Assembly (NCBI GenBank): GCA_002633005.1
Contig: NMRA01000229.1
Location: 169,371-233,370 of the forward strand
From: Phoronis australis
Taxonomy: Eukaryota > Animalia > Phoronida
Direction: 5' to 3'
DNA length: 64,000 nucleotides
The notes beneath the pieces are model-generated. The model worked only from the letters and a program-made list of their open reading frames with translations. It did not search any database and was not told the origin of the DNA. This document shows positions 26,601 to 41,235 of this stretch, one piece after another. Positions within the stretch are counted from its first letter, which is position 1; the number at the start of each line of letters is the position of its first letter. A program made the position numbers and the translations under genes.

Positions 26601-29600
26601 CGTGTTTTTCTGCTGATGCTAATAGATTAAAACTAAGTTGATCGTGAATGAATGTGTACGTTTGCTACCTTTGCCACTGATTGTGTGGCCACTGAAGGGC
26701 TAGCGGTGTTCTGACCATCTACTGGGTGCTTCAATAATATTTGAATTCGTGAGTACTGTACATTGTTCATTTTGGTTTTCTGCCCTTCCCTCTTCAAAAT
26801 TCCACCAAGTTTTGGACCTTCTCTGTCTTCAATTTCTGAGCTGCTCTTCCTTTTTCTCGATTCATATGTGACCAATAGAACTCGTACAGCTACGGCTGGT
26901 GACCTCGGTACTAATGCGAACGCTTAAAAACTAAACAATGAACTAATGTGACCAGGTTCACTATAAGGTCATTTGATGTGGTGGTTCTTGATCGTCTCAC
27001 CCAGCTTGAAAATGGAAGTAGTCAATTTCTACACAAAACTCATATTTGCCCCTCACTGTGCTTGCATTTTACGCCAACATACTGAATGGTGGCAATGCAC
27101 GAATCATACATGTACATCTATTTCATTCATAACTGTTTTTTTGTTTCCGGAACTTGCGTTGACAGGCCACAACAACTACAGCACGAGATTAGACAACGGC
27201 AATTGTTCTGTGGTCAAACGGATGTCGATCATCCTCGCCCATTTAGGAGCCATAAAGAAAAACATTGAACTATAACAAATGCACAACTTTGATCTAGCCG
27301 ATTACTACAATGTTTTTAATGCACTTAACACAAATTTCCATAGGGCAGAGATTAAAATCAATATAAGAAAGTATTTGCTTCGATCAATTTAAATCACCCA
27401 CCTAAGTTAAGGGAGGTGGATAGTGGTTGAAACAAACAGACTGATCATATATCTTGCAGTGTATGGTGGCAGTGAATGGCCAGCAGGACATTTTTTCTCC
27501 ATTCTCAATCGTGTTCTCTGTCGAGTGTTTTTCTAATTCTTTCTCAGTAAACGGGTATTCACTGAGACAGAAGGAATAGAATGTACAACCTCAGCGACAG
27601 CGGTCTAACATACATGTATGTAATTGGTGAATCACCATACTTTGTTTCAGAGAATGTCTGACAGACAAAGGCAATAATTGACTATTTGTAACAAAATCAC
27701 AAAACACAACGGATTTTGCTGGCCAAACTAATAACTCCAAGAAGTCAACCCCAAATATGAACATTTCGATCGTGAAATTAATAATATCCCTTTGCGTATT
27801 AATGCTCTTTTAGCTGTGTTGCTGCGGCCAGATAGTAGAGGCAATACTAAAGTTACATAAGAAAGAAACATTTATCACTGTGACAATTCCATGTGCAAAT
27901 GTACCTGTAAACTTGTCAAACGATACGTAGAGAAGGCTTTTAGCGCCATCTTGCGTCACCGTGAGAGCACACTAAAACGTTCACAGGCGAAAAATAAAGC
28001 TGCATTTTGCCCGCTTTAGCTGTATCAAACAAAGATCGAATTAGATCGTTTACTCTCATACATTTGGCCTCGTGATATTCCTTACTGTGATTGTATGTTA
28101 TTTCCATTGCTACGAAAAACATCGACACCGTCAACGACAAAAAATCATTGGGTTAGGCCGATCCTAAATTTGAGGAATCGAATGTACTGCGACATGAATT
28201 GTTGGTTCATTCAGAAAGATTTACGATCAAATCAGTGAGCGTGGTTATATTTTCGAACATCAAATCTCTTGGGTCAAGCATTCAACGTTGAAAGTTGAAC
28301 TAGACGAACTGCAGCTTTAACAGTTACACACGGCGACATATCTGCAATTCCGTATCTTTGAGCCCATTCATAGTCTACTAATATATTCACACCGACTGAG
28401 CTTCATTCAGATGTCATATCGATTCAAACGGATAGGTTACGAGACTGTCATGTGATATACAGATGTCACGTATTTCATTTTGTGTTATGAATTAGTGAGC
28501 TGGTTCTTGGGAATAAGCTAATACGCGACTTTTGACGATGAGGCCACGTTTCCGTAAGTCACATGTGCTGTCGTCAAACTATGTTCCACATATTTGACTG
28601 TTAACCTAATTAACATCAGATTGTCGTAGTGGGGAAATATATTTACGACACCTTAGGAACATGAGTTTATTTCACTTTATTCTTCTTTCTGGCCATCGTA
28701 ACGGGGTGTTTATTTCGCTTATTGCTTGGGGTGACACCCGCAAGCATTTTTATCGTTCGTTCCCCGCAAATCGTTGATCTGCGTTGTACATGTACGTGTT
28801 CCAAGCCGGCTAAATGAAAAAAAAAAACATCTTTCCGCTTTCTTTAGCAACTAATGTTCATCGGCCAAAATGAAGTTACATTTTATTGTAACCTCGTTGG
28901 CTGAGTATAATTAAGCACTATTTACGATCGACGTTTGTGTGCGACCACATCGATGTCGCTCATATTCCTTTTTGATATGTATCGAAAGTCCCCAGAAAAC
29001 TACTCGTTTTTTGACTTCCAGTACCAGTATTTAACTGATCAAATACTGTACTTATAACTGTGCTTAACGTATATAAGTCAATTTTCTTTAATGACGTGAA
29101 GAATTCTAAAATCCTTCGACGTCTCGAACATGCTTTTCTGGCTTTTTCATTAAATGTGCGTGTTTTCCATGAAACGAACACTAGTCTTGCGTAAGTCTTT
29201 TCATCAGTTTCCTGTCCCATTCCCCGATGCACTTCCCTTCGTAGTGAGCGGTGCTTTGGTGGGCTTAACACGGGCAACTTCGAACTATAATAAGACCGGA
29301 AATAACCTACATGAACTTCATTTCAACCACAGTTTAACGATAGAAAACAAAGAGTTTTAGAATGTGTAAGGGCAATTTAGTTTCCTCAAAACATATCCAA
29401 ATTTGGGTGAGTTCGGAATATCATACCTCGGATGTGGCGGATCCAATTCATGTGAAACTTTAAGATACGCTGCTAGACTTGCGTTTATAAAAATGTTACA
29501 CTTTTTTGGGAGGGGCTATCAAAAACAGAACTTACAAGACTCACGAAAAATCTAAGCTTGCATAAAACCATAAAGAGATGATATTTTAGAAAACTGTAAC

Positions 29601-30922
29601 AGCATTTTTGAGATCTTTTCTTGATCATCTATAATAAATAAGATTTGATCATGTAATTGATAGTGTTGTTTTGCTATTAAGGTATTTTTCTTTTTTACCA
29701 ACTTTTAGTTTAAAGACATGTCCACGTGGCCAAATTTAGAGAGATTGTTAAACTTTAACAACATCTATAGTTTCGTAGATACTTTGATGAATGTGCAGAC
29801 TTGTCATAGTCCTGTATAACCTTATTTCTCGACTCCATTTTCTGACCGTTGTCAACTGAAGCATTTGATCATCACCTTTGTGGGAAGCGGGATCTCCCGA
29901 GGTAATAGTCAATATATCGTAGCATCACTCAGATATTTACCGATCATATAATCGCGTAAAGTGATTCCGATTTCAGTCGAGGAAATGGTTAAAATCAAGC
30001 TCTTCGTTTTCCTTACTTTTCTGGATCTTTTTATTCAATTTCAGTTCTAGAAAGACGTGAAAATTTATAATTTCATCTTTCCATTTCACCGAATAACTCA
30101 TAAAACGTACCAAAAGTGTATCGTAATTAGTATATACTGCCAATATCAGGGGAACTGTTCGCTAAATTGAACAAAGTAGCCGCTACAAAGTTCAGTGAAA
30201 TTAACCCTAGTTGTCTTATGCCTAAATAAATCATAGCGATTTTTACATTGCGACCGAATCGACTTGAAATTACTTCTACATTTCACAAGAATAAGATAAT
30301 AAATCTCTAAAATATTGCAAAATTCAAGAACTTTCTTGGGACATGGGGTAAATATAAAAGGCCGTTGGCAAATAAAATAATGAGTGGTCATTCAAATTTT
30401 GGTAGGCCCACCACGGCCGCGTCGTTAATAATTCGAACAAGAACTTTACATGTACTGAAAATTGAAACTCCAACCGACCCAGAGTTTGCTCGAACAGGTA
30501 CTCGGAAATATAGGCCCATGGGCCTACATCCGGGGACATAGTTAAACATTTCTACATAATACCTCACCATACCGTGTCATAACCGGGTCCCCCTGGGAGG
30601 ATTTTATTGTTTTGAGGTTTCCCCAATCTCTCGCTGCCTTTACGCTGTCTCATAACATCGTTTCACGACGCTAAGTTACGCAACGGAGTAATACACCCTT
30701 GGCTTGAAACTAATCACTCTCTTGTATTGAGGCCATAAACTATTAGTTCACGTTTAAAGGTGTATTCTTGACAAATAAAACTGTTGATTTAATAAGGTAC
30801 CAAAAGTGTGTTCTAAATATGTTTCATTTCTTCACTTTCGTTTTGATTATGAAAGCAAGACAAATCACGCGTCTTACGACATCAATATCACGGCAAAGCA
30901 TTGAATCCTTTTAAACAATAAT

Positions 30923-31699
30923 ATTTATTGTGGGCAGAATTTTTATAGTTCAGGCGAACTGCAATTAAATTTTGATGCTTACAACGATTCTGACAACATT
31001 GGAGGTCGCAGTTGGATGCCCCTTGCACATTCTAGTTGGGAAAAATAGTTTTCAAAATTCGGCGGCGCCCCAGTAAGCGACCAATTAGCTGTCTTTACAT
31101 TGCTATGCGTCGAGGCAGTGAATCACTGCAGTTAGCTGGGTACGTTATCAGTCGAATGTGTATTCTCCAATTTATTCAAATTATACAAGCATTGACATTC
31201 CTGCATGAAGTCCTGACGACCTCAGTAACTGCGTCTAATGTCGGGTTAAGGGTTGGCCGTTTACAGCTAAGTTGTTCAACGGAAAAATACATTTGGATAC
31301 TGGAAGGTAANATTTATTGTGGGCAAAATTTTTATAGTTCAGCCGAACTGCAATTGAATTTTGATGCTTACAACGATTCTGACAACATTGGAGGTCGCAG
31401 TTGGATGCCTCTTGCACATTCTAGTTGGGAAAAATAGTTTTCAAAATTCGGCGGCGCCCCAGTAAGCGACCAATTAGCTGTCTTTACATTGCTATGCGTC
31501 GAGGCAGTAAATCACTGCAGTTAGCTGGGTACGTTATCAGTCGAATGTGTATTCTCCAATTTATTCAAATTATACAAGCATTGACATTCCTGCATGAAGT
31601 CCTGACGACCTCAGTAACTGCGTCTAATGTCGGGTTAAGGGTTGGCCGTTTATAGCTAAGTTGTTCAACGGAAAAATACATTTGGATACTGGAAGGTAA
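30923..31699. repeat. 389-bp tandem duplication around a single N; probable haplotype/assembly artefact
   Basis: 30923-31310 is repeated at 31312-31699 with about six substitutions, joined by N at 31311. Confidence 0.85.
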
Positions 31700-34600
31700 A
31701 AATAAGCAATTTTCCGGGGGCTTGCAATACAAAATTCTGGTACCTACAAAAATATTTTACGGCAAAAATAGCTAAATAGTATCCGTTTTCTGCAGTGATA
31801 TGTTGTATTTCTACCGGTTGACGCAATGGGATTTATTGGTAAAACTAATAACGGAACAAATACAAATGATAATACGAGATTGGCAATTACGTTGTTTTAC
31901 GCATGGACGGATAGTGTGATAGGAGAAATTATTAAACTCAGCTTTGTCAGTCTGTTGCTGTTGGACCCACTAATTGAATAATTTTGCTGTATTACTTACG
32001 GACATTGCCTGTGGGTGTATCAGCGAAAATGTCTTCGCTTAAAATATAACTGTGTCAATGAATCGGTGCCTTAGGAAACGAAACTTTCAAAAGTAGTAGA
32101 ATATTTGGCTAATTGATAATTGATACACGTCAACGGACCAATAACAGAGACCCGTGGGCGTTGCCATTCATGTGTTACAAGATGTCTTTGACAGAACCGA
32201 AATCTGTTTCAATATTCCCAGAGAGTGAACACAGTCTGAGTAATGTACGTAAAGCTGTGTACTCAAAAGCGCAACACCGCAAGCACCACCCGTCACATCA
32301 CGTGCAGCCGCAGCTGCGCCATCACCGCCATCGCCACCACCCCAGCGGTGAAATGTTGGACTGCTACTGTGGAGTTGGTGCGTGTTATGATTCCGCGCCA
32401 CTGCCAATTTCTGGAAAATACTTTTTTTTCACCGAGAATGTCCCTTTTTAGAAGATACCGTCACTGAAAAGACGTTAAAGCACTATTAAGCGGTTGTCAC
32501 AATTAATAGTCGTTTTCATTTTGATCCAGCGTATGACTATGGACATTGCAACACAAGAGATTTACTTATTGTGACTCAATTTTACGAAATGTCAAAAATA
32601 GTTGACGCTGTGCAATTCAAACTATATCTCAATTAACCAGATGTATTAGGAATACCATTAGCGTCAGAATATAGTAATCTACGCGTTAGTTATGAACCAA
32701 ATGGACCATAGGCCTACATGTAGCGTGTCACGATGGAGCGCAACCAAACTATCTCAATGAACGTTTATGGTCATTCCCAAAGTGATTGGTAGACAAGAAC
32801 GTTTTCCTAATACAATCGGCGATTGTAATTTATGAGGCGAGATTGTTTGGTTCTACTACAAAAATAAACGCAAAGTTTTGTTTTAACAGTTTATCCCAAG
32901 TGGCACCCAAAGAACGAACTGAGAGGTACCGTTTCAGGAAACAATTGTGGAATTGCGTAAGTACGGAACATGACGCTATTACTTATTAATGGTACTACAA
33001 ATACCTGAAAAAAGATCGCAAGTCCCGTGTAAGGTAAATGTTATACCTTAATCCTAGCGCCGCTACTTTCGCCAACCCTCACCACCGCCTACGATGGTCA
33101 TAAATTTCTTGTCTTAATCGGCCTTTTCACCTGCAGAAAATATGTAAGATTTGCAAAAGCGCAGGTAGGTAATTTTGCTGATGGGCACTTTCTCAGCGCA
33201 AACGTGACACCTCAGTTGTTGCTCGCGGGTATATCCGTTAACTTGGGTAAGGTAGAGAGTTTTGGACGATATATTACGTAATCTTATTGCTTCAATGGGT
33301 AACTAAACACGGATAATCTGTTAAATTATTCAAACGCATTTGCGAACATCTAACAAGTGGTTCTGGATCAATATTTTAGCACCGGAATGGATTTTGAAGG
33401 CAGTTGTAAACTCGAATTAAAACGGAGAACATAAACAAACCGGAAGTGACACAGGTCCTGCCCCTACGGCTATGTCTCGCGTATTAAAGACGTATTCAAT
33501 CTCCAATAAACACAGATAATGAACATTAAATGCCCTACACTGTTAATTAGAGGCCTCTTTATTCTGCTGATATTACATTAGTTGCAGCAGTATTGTATTC
33601 AAGATTCTTTTGTTCAATACAGAACGAAAGAGACGTCACATTCAGTTCACATACTTTAGAGTTTTACCTGGGCTGTGAGCTTAAGGCTCTCGGGAAGAAC
33701 TTTCGGCAAGAAATCTTTATTTACGAATGGAAATTGTGAAGTTTATTCAGCAACCTCACTAACCAATCATTCCAATGGCCAGTATTTACACGCTAATAAG
33801 GCCCAAAACTTCATACTCACAAAATATTCGCTTTTCATTTGCGCGATTTTACCACGCAGTCTCACGTGATCTAGCTTTTTGTTGAGGTTCATGCGTGTAC
33901 GGAATGCACCGCTGATATGCCGAAACATTGAACATTGTACCAGTTGAATATACATAATGTCACCTAGGACCCTATCCACAAGTCTGCGTATTTATAGCAA
34001 TGGAAACTGCAAATTCAGTTAAACTCCGTAAAAATCTACAATTTCTGAAATTTGAGAGCCCGCAGAAAATGATTTTGATTCATTCCCATCTGTATTAATT
34101 TGTTCACATAAGCATGTAAAATTTAGCATTACCAAAGGTACATGTATATTTAGAGCAAAACGACATGACTGAATTTCGTTTCATAAACACGTTCAAGATA
34201 AAAGAAACCCGGGAAAGCTGTTACATTTTTCTAAAAACAATTATATATAATTTCAATTTTATTTGGTGCAACTTTAAAGTTTATTTTCAGGAAAATCATC
34301 AAAGTTGTATTTTTGATATTCCCTCATGGAAAAGGAAACGTTTCAAAAACAATTCCTGACACCATGGAGAACAGTGAATAAATCATAGAACGTAAACGTT
34401 TCGTGTGGATCCAATAAGCCATTTCTGAAATTTGCATGTTGCGAAGTTAGCTAAATTTGGAAATTTTTCTTGGGTCCTACCTATTACAATACTCGAATTG
34501 CGTGTCCTAACAGAGCGTTATACTACGACTACGAAAGTTGCAAGTTAGATTCCGTGCTGAGGCTGATCTGAGAAAGTTACCTTTCCAACGGGTAAATCGG

Positions 34601-36704
34601 ATTCGATTGTTGTGAGAACGAGTTTGGTGTGACAAGGTAGATAAATGTATTAAGCAGCTGTTATTGCCCCCGGAAAACAATGGCACGTGTCAAATAAAAA
34701 TTTAAAAGAGTGGGCACATTTTGGTGCACGATCTCAGAATGGTCGTAAGCCAGCCTGTTAGGGATGTGTCTCCAGGTTCTCCTTAGGCGTGTTTGGTATC
34801 TCAATTAAACAAAAATACAGGGTGAATTCTATACCATTAATAAATCATTATTAGTGTCTTCCTTACAAGTCTGGAAAAACATACCTTAACATTGTCTCGC
34901 AGGTGAACCGGATTCAAATTTCTCGGGATACTAAGCTATAAGTATCTCGGTGACCATGATCCAGTAAAAACGAGCGGTTATAAAAGAGTCTTGGATCGCA
35001 AAAACAACTTTTTGTTTTAACTACTTACTGCCTTCAAGCTGGTCACAAATTTTCCCTTAGTCAAACTGGAGGTGATTTCAGAGTTTTGAGACTAAACTGA
35101 GATTTCGAAAATTCTTTTGACAAGATTCTAAGAACTGGCTTGTCACGGAGTGTCATTTTAGGCACCCAGCAAGGAATTCCAAAAGATTTCCATGGATGTG
35201 ATGTCAAGTATAGCTTAATATTCATAAACGCTGTAGCAGTGCGTTAGTAAGTTAAAAGTCATCAAAATGACGGTGAAAGCATACGACTCGTCGACTTGAA
35301 TACGATCTCGAGGGTAACGAGTAAGGCGTCATGGCTCAGATCAAATCTTTTTATAGTACATGACTTCATTTACATTTTTATCTTTTCCCTCCTGAGTAGT
35401 ATATTGTCTACTGTTAATGTTTGAAACTGCTAATTTCTGAACCCGTGGCGGATAGTTTTACGATGCCTTTGATTCAAATTGATCAAAACTGCTCTGATTA
35501 TTTTGTCTAGTGTACGCAGTTTATAAGCTCACAGACTATTTTTAATTGCTTCATATGCGGACCCTTTTGACTCGTTATATCGCTGGAAACTGTGTTTTGC
35601 TAATGAAATACACCCCAGGAGGCACTGCGGAATTCTCACTTGGCTTTGTCCGGCCGTGCACACGTCACTGGACTTGCTTCCTTTCTTCCACTCTGTCGAA
35701 AACTTCACGAACAAAATGAGAAGTTGTGAGGCGTTTCACATCAAAACTGCTACACAATATCACAGAAAATTTATTATTTCTCGTACTTTTGTCCCCCTGA
35801 CTTCCACCAAATAGAAAGTGAGGCTCACATAAAGGGTTTCAAAACCCAAACCAAAAATTCCCTGGCAACGCTACATATTCCAAAAATGTATCCCAAAATG
35901 CCGCAATTGAACTAGGTCTTTTGCAACTTTGGTTTGTTTGAGGGTTACCTGAAAAAAGCCGATTTTTTCAATCTCTACGCAGAAAAGCAACCGTGAATGC
36001 TCTGTGGCGCATCGAATCGAGGGCCGACCTGGTGGATTCTTCTCATTCCCAACCGAAATCAAACCAGATTCACAGAACCTAATAGTAGTGCCTTCCCAAA
36101 CCTGGCTAACACCAAATTTTCAATGTGTAAGAACTGCAAATTTCGCGCGGTTACAGTCTAGTGATACTCAAGATTCAAATAATTAACTCAGCTCTTGTTG
36201 GTCATTTACAATGGTTGTAGCGCCGCCTTCCGTGGCAAAAAAACAACGTTTGATTGACAACGTAGATGATTTTCTGTCAAAGGTTAGGAAATGACACTCA
36301 TGTTGTTTCTCAGCCAAAATAATTGTGATTTGCGGTCTTGGAAAGAACTGTGCGTTCCTAATTGTTTGAGACGAGGCTCCTCGACTTAACTTGTCACGGC
36401 GTGTCATTTTAACTGCTTAGCATGGTCTCGAGTAATACATGTAAAAAATGGTCACTTCTTTGCAGGACCAAAATCTTTTCTCATCTGATGAAAGGGTTAG
36501 TTTCGATTTCATGGCTGAGCAGTGCATTTTTGGGCATATTGCTGGGTGGGTTAAAGGTCTTGAAGTTACAAGCTGTAAAACAACGTATTCCGCTGTGTTT
36601 TTATTTCGAATCGTCAATTCTCACCGTTGTCTGCTTTACATTCGCTGAAATCAAGCTCGGCGACTTAACCACTTAAATACTGAACGCTTAAAATAACCTG
36701 CCAC

Positions 36705-36857
36705 TTATCGGGTAGAGTTTAGCTCCGTCAGCAGACAGCGTTGGACTGCCACCTTGTGTATTGAAGGTTCGATTACCATTTGAGGCTGACTAGAAAACAA
36801 AGCTTTTCTCGCCTACAACGTACATTTAAAGAACAAGCTGAGTTCGATTTAATATAG
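36705..36857 (+). other. Candidate non-coding first exon of the allatotropin-like gene
   Basis: Perfect donor TAG|gtaagt at 36857/36858 with weak TATA-like TTAAAT/TTAAAA upstream; the first coding exon has an acceptor 2 nt before its ATG, so an upstream exon is expected. Start position is a guess. Confidence 0.25.
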
Positions 36858-39800
36858 GTAAGTGGTCTAAATCAAACTTTGGTTTCTTCGACGGAAAGCA
36901 GGATTATTGCCGCTTGTTAATAGCAATGATGCGTTTTTTCAAATATTATCGGACAACATGGTTCTTCTGTAGTAGCCTTGTTTTACGCGGGGCCCTAAAC
37001 TCAAACTTTCACTAGATGGAACCACAAAAAGAACGCATAAGCTTTCAAACAAATTCCGGTGTTTACGCGCTAACGGTCATGCGGTATGTTTTTTGACAAT
37101 TCTAAAATCACGCGATCTGTATTGACAACTAATTACTCGCTTTGAAGATTGTTAGTACATGTATCATTTACGCACATTTCGTGTGTGTTATCAATTGGTG
37201 ACAAACAAACTCACTTTGTCACGGGGAGACACAATAAGGAAACGAAAATTAGCATATCAGCAGCTTTGAGAACTGTGGAATATTATACTGTATGTTATCG
37301 TGTGAACATCTGGTGACCATTTGAAGCTAAATTTCGCCCTGTTGAGATGGTTATCAAACGAAACTCGAATGAGATTTTGTACTCTCATTAAATCGGTTTC
37401 ATAAGTCAAACACGCTCTCCTATGTCGGCTGTTACGAGCAAGTATACACGTAGCTCCGAATACAGTCACCGCGGTGGCGATAAGAGTCTCAGGTATCGCT
37501 TAATAGTTCCCCAGTGCTTCAAGAGTTTTCCTCGTCACCTGGGTTGAGAAGGAGGCTGAGTAGCAGAGACGGAAGCTTCTCGCGAAGGAAGCTAGTGCGA
37601 TTGTAATAAATGGCGATGTCATTTTGTTTCCCTTATATATTTTTCATTTTAATTGCTCATTTCCATATCAATCGTTCTCCGTTGCCTAAGTGTTTCCTTT
37701 TTCTTTTTTTCAATTTACTAGCTTATTATTTCATTTTCTCTATTACACTTTAGATTCCGTTACATTTTTTCTTTGCTTTCGAATTGCCCATTCATTCTTG
37801 CCAAGACAAAAGGCGAGACAACACCTGGCACCTGTTCCAGCCATGGGCATTTTTTTAAAGTAATGTATATATATATATATATATTTATTGAAGAATACAC
37901 AAGACATACAAAGAAATTATGACAAACCCAGAAATCGCGAAGCACTTTACCTGGGTTGTAAACAATTCATAAATGAAACTAATATTCATAGAGGTATCGT
38001 ATGGGCATCGTACCTCCCCCTCCTAATTGGTACCTGGAGTTAGGGTTGGGTAACTGGCTGACAGCATTTGTAAGTCGTCGGGCACATTTTTTCAATTTCC
38101 TCCCGCGTATCTTCGGATGGCCACAAGCTGTCTTGCAATATCTCTTGTGGCGCTTTTTGTTGCCCATCTTACCAGAGATTATCTTTTTTATTTTAGTTCT
38201 TATTCTGCATTCTCTATCAATTACTTTAAATTGTATTCATCTAAATAAATGACCTTATATCTCGCCTGTACCTAGGTCTCTTTTTCATCTCTGGTAACGA
38301 GCTTATTACGCAAGTATCGTTTATATATTATTCGGGACATTTTTCGATCATAAGTGGTATTTCACTAGCTAAATATGTTTACGTCGTGAGCGTACGGGCA
38401 TTTCTTAATCCCGCCCTCACCATTTCTGACTAGTCCACTAATTCCTTTGTGCAGCATTACATGTCGCTCTCCCAGCCTTCTTATTGGAGTATTGTTATCA
38501 CGTGCCTTGAGTTTAGTCAGCTCTTGGCTCTTATGGACTGATGATTGTCACGTGTCCTTAAGCATTCGCTTTGTTACCCGATCTTGTGTTTCAGTTCATC
38601 TGTGTTACTACCGTACGTCCGACTCCGAGCCTCTGACATAGAAATTAGTTAAAAATCGAGGCTAGTCCAGAAAGGTAGATCGATTCATCGTTCAGTATGT
38701 GGTATAACTAGATTGTTGCATGTTCTTGGTCATTATCCCCCTTATCTAGAACCCTCGTGGATTTCGTAGAATTACCGTCTGAGGGGCCGGCTGACGCATG
38801 TATCGTTTATATTTTATTCGGGACCTATGCCAATCATAAATGACGATATCTCGCTAAGTCTTGCGCCATATTGCGTTTCGCGAGGTTCTCGAGTTTAAGG
38901 AACTCGCGCATGATTTCCAAGGCTATAGTGAAGCACGGCTCATGAAAGCTGACTTTTACTGGACGGTCTCCAAAAGAAATGGGCGCCGGCCCATCCCGCA
39001 GCAGAGGCTTACCGGAAAATGTACCTTAAAATTAGGAAGTAGTATCACTGCCATTTTCCTTTTCAAGCAGACATTTTTCAATGGTTACTTATCATGCACA
39101 CTCGCATACCAAAATGCAATCACCTTCATACCAATATCTATAGAAACTTGACATTAAAACACTTCCGTTTTTTAAAGTGACATCTGCTTTTCCACTTAAC
39201 TTCCCCACGGCAACGCGAATGCCTCGGATTCCCTAGCACACTGTAATAATTGAGCTATGTCTGGAAACTGTAATCGCTTCGGCACTCAGGCAAAATGGTG
39301 TAACTTATCAAACTGAAAGGTTTGTGAAAATGATATAGATTTTCTTCAATTGTGTGGACAGGTAGACAATCAGATCGCCACCAAGTAAAAGACAAACGCC
39401 ATTTTCCATAAACTATGTCATCTATTCTCAAGTCAGTATCCCTATCTGCTGACGCATCCAGCACGTGCGAGTTTCCATCAATAGCATGACCAGTGGTCCG
39501 TCCCGTGACGCCAGCCATACTCGCGAGTGGAACTCAGTTGTGGGATCACATGATTCGTTTGGGATATGTACGGCAACATCTCCCTCGCGAAAACAGGAGA
39601 GATCTTGTCAAATTCTCACAGAAAACGGGTACATCTTTAATTTGTAGACTTGATCTATCGGTTGGGATGCGTGACCATATCGTTTTGGTAAAGAACAGCA
39701 AAAACTTTTTCAGCACTTCTAAATTCTTTTTGATATTTACATGTATATCCAAGATGTAATCTCAAAACGCATTCACAGTTTTTAAATTACCATTTCGTTC

Positions 39801-40347
39801 TTTGTTCCAAATTTTGAATTTGTTCAAAATTTCCAACACTGACACGACCTCTTACAAAACTGAAATATTTTAATACAATTCAACGTTTTTGAGAGCCGTG
39901 TGAAATAAAATTATCTGACCTGAAAGATTTATTTGTTTCTGATTAGCCCATGATTTTTGAGAGAGCCAAATTTTGACAATATTACTTTTGTTGCCTTCCA
40001 CATTTTAACAAGCTAAGACAAATCTTCAATTTTATTAAATTTTAAAGTAAAAGTTAAATTTGTATCAAATCCAATTCAAGAAAGAGATCTCAAGTTTGAC
40101 TTAGTAAGTATTTGACATTAATTTTGTCTTAATTTTAAATAACCGAATGTGGAAGTTTCAAAGTTGGGAAGTTACGGCAAATCTTAAACTTAAGTCAAAA
40201 ATGAACTGAAGTCAGTTTCTTGGAACAGGCCCCAGAGTTACTTAAAAGTGTTTTAAACAATAACGACATCTTTTTGCTAAAATACGATACCCCTGCGGTA
40301 GTACATAATATATACGTGTGAGTATAGTCTTGTTCTTATTTCCAGAT

Positions 40348-40559
40348 ATGCAAAGAAGAATGAAAACGCTCACAATCAGCCTACTCTATCTAGTGTTTAT
40401 TATTTCCGTCGAATCGCTACCGCTTTCACAGCTCTTCAGAAGCACGTTCTCAGAGGATAAACGAATCAAGGCAATGAAGGGCACGACGTGGTTTGGCTAT
40501 GGATACGGAAAACGAAGCGACCACACGGCAGCTGTAGACGAGCTGCATAGTAAAACAAG
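40348..40559 (+). CDS. Allatotropin/orexin-family neuropeptide precursor, coding exon 1 (signal peptide plus mature peptide IKAMKGTTWFGYGY-amide)
   Basis: Acceptor ttcttatttccag|AT then ATG; MQRRMKTLTISLLYLVFIISVES-LP signal peptide; KR, a 14-mer (40465-40506) and GKR; phase-2 donor AAG|gtatgt. Confidence 0.9.
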
Positions 40560-40849
40560 GTATGTGTCGCGTACATGCAATAGGGCTAGACACATTAATA
40601 AGATTTTATTAATAATTAGCTATTATTTTATAATAAAACTTTGGATGTGATTGTCCAAGCATTGAAAAATGAACAGTGGCCGATCGACTTGTTCTGGCTT
40701 TGTCATATTTGTGAGAACTGACGCTGAGAAACCGATGTTTCTTGCTACTGCAATGTAAGAAGTATATTTGGACATCTGCAGAGAATATGAGTTCGGTGCA
40801 GAGAACTGTCCTCACTGCGTTTTGCCTAGCAGAACACAAATACATATAG

Positions 40850-41230
40850 ATGGACTTATTACCTTTTCTTCACTCTGTCGAAAACATGCAAGGAATGAAA
40901 AATTTTGAGTCATTTGAAAAGCCCTACAGATTAGCACAGACAATTTATCCTTTCACCCCAATTGAAAAGCAAGTCTTTAGTTAGGTTAAGAAGAAAAGGG
41001 CAAAAACATTCTTCATCCAATGTCACCTCTTCCATGTCTATTTGAAACACAAGCCAACATTAGATTCCGGAAGCAAGTTTCCTACAGATTCTAAAGTTTG
41101 GTTCTTAAGTGCTGTCACCCTACAATTTTTTGCAGTTCCGACTTGTTTTAGGGCTACTTGAAACCGCAGTCGATTCTCAACAATGCGCACTAAAAATGCA
41201 GCAGGTGGCTGCCATCTTGAGAAAGAGTGC
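40850..41230 (+). repeat. Old dispersed repeat interrupted by the 41236-44163 element and resuming at about 44165-44280
   Basis: Similar segments at about 24380-24840 and 35640-36110 (CACTCTGTCGAAAAC; AAGCCAACATT.GAT.C.G.AAGCAA.TTTCC; AAACCA.ATTCA). Confidence 0.55.
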
Positions 41231-41235
41231 GTTGA

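Noticed and set aside
30923-31699. Duplicated ORFs 31036-31437 and 31425-31655 as tandem genes
   Set aside because: Near-identical copies joined at a single N indicate overlapping haplotype contigs; the translation is not protein-like.
40465-40515. Bombesin-type interpretation of the mature peptide (GxxW...FGxxY-amide resemblance)
   Set aside because: The resemblance is short, whereas the spliced C-terminal domain is characteristic of allatotropin precursors; kept only as an assay control.
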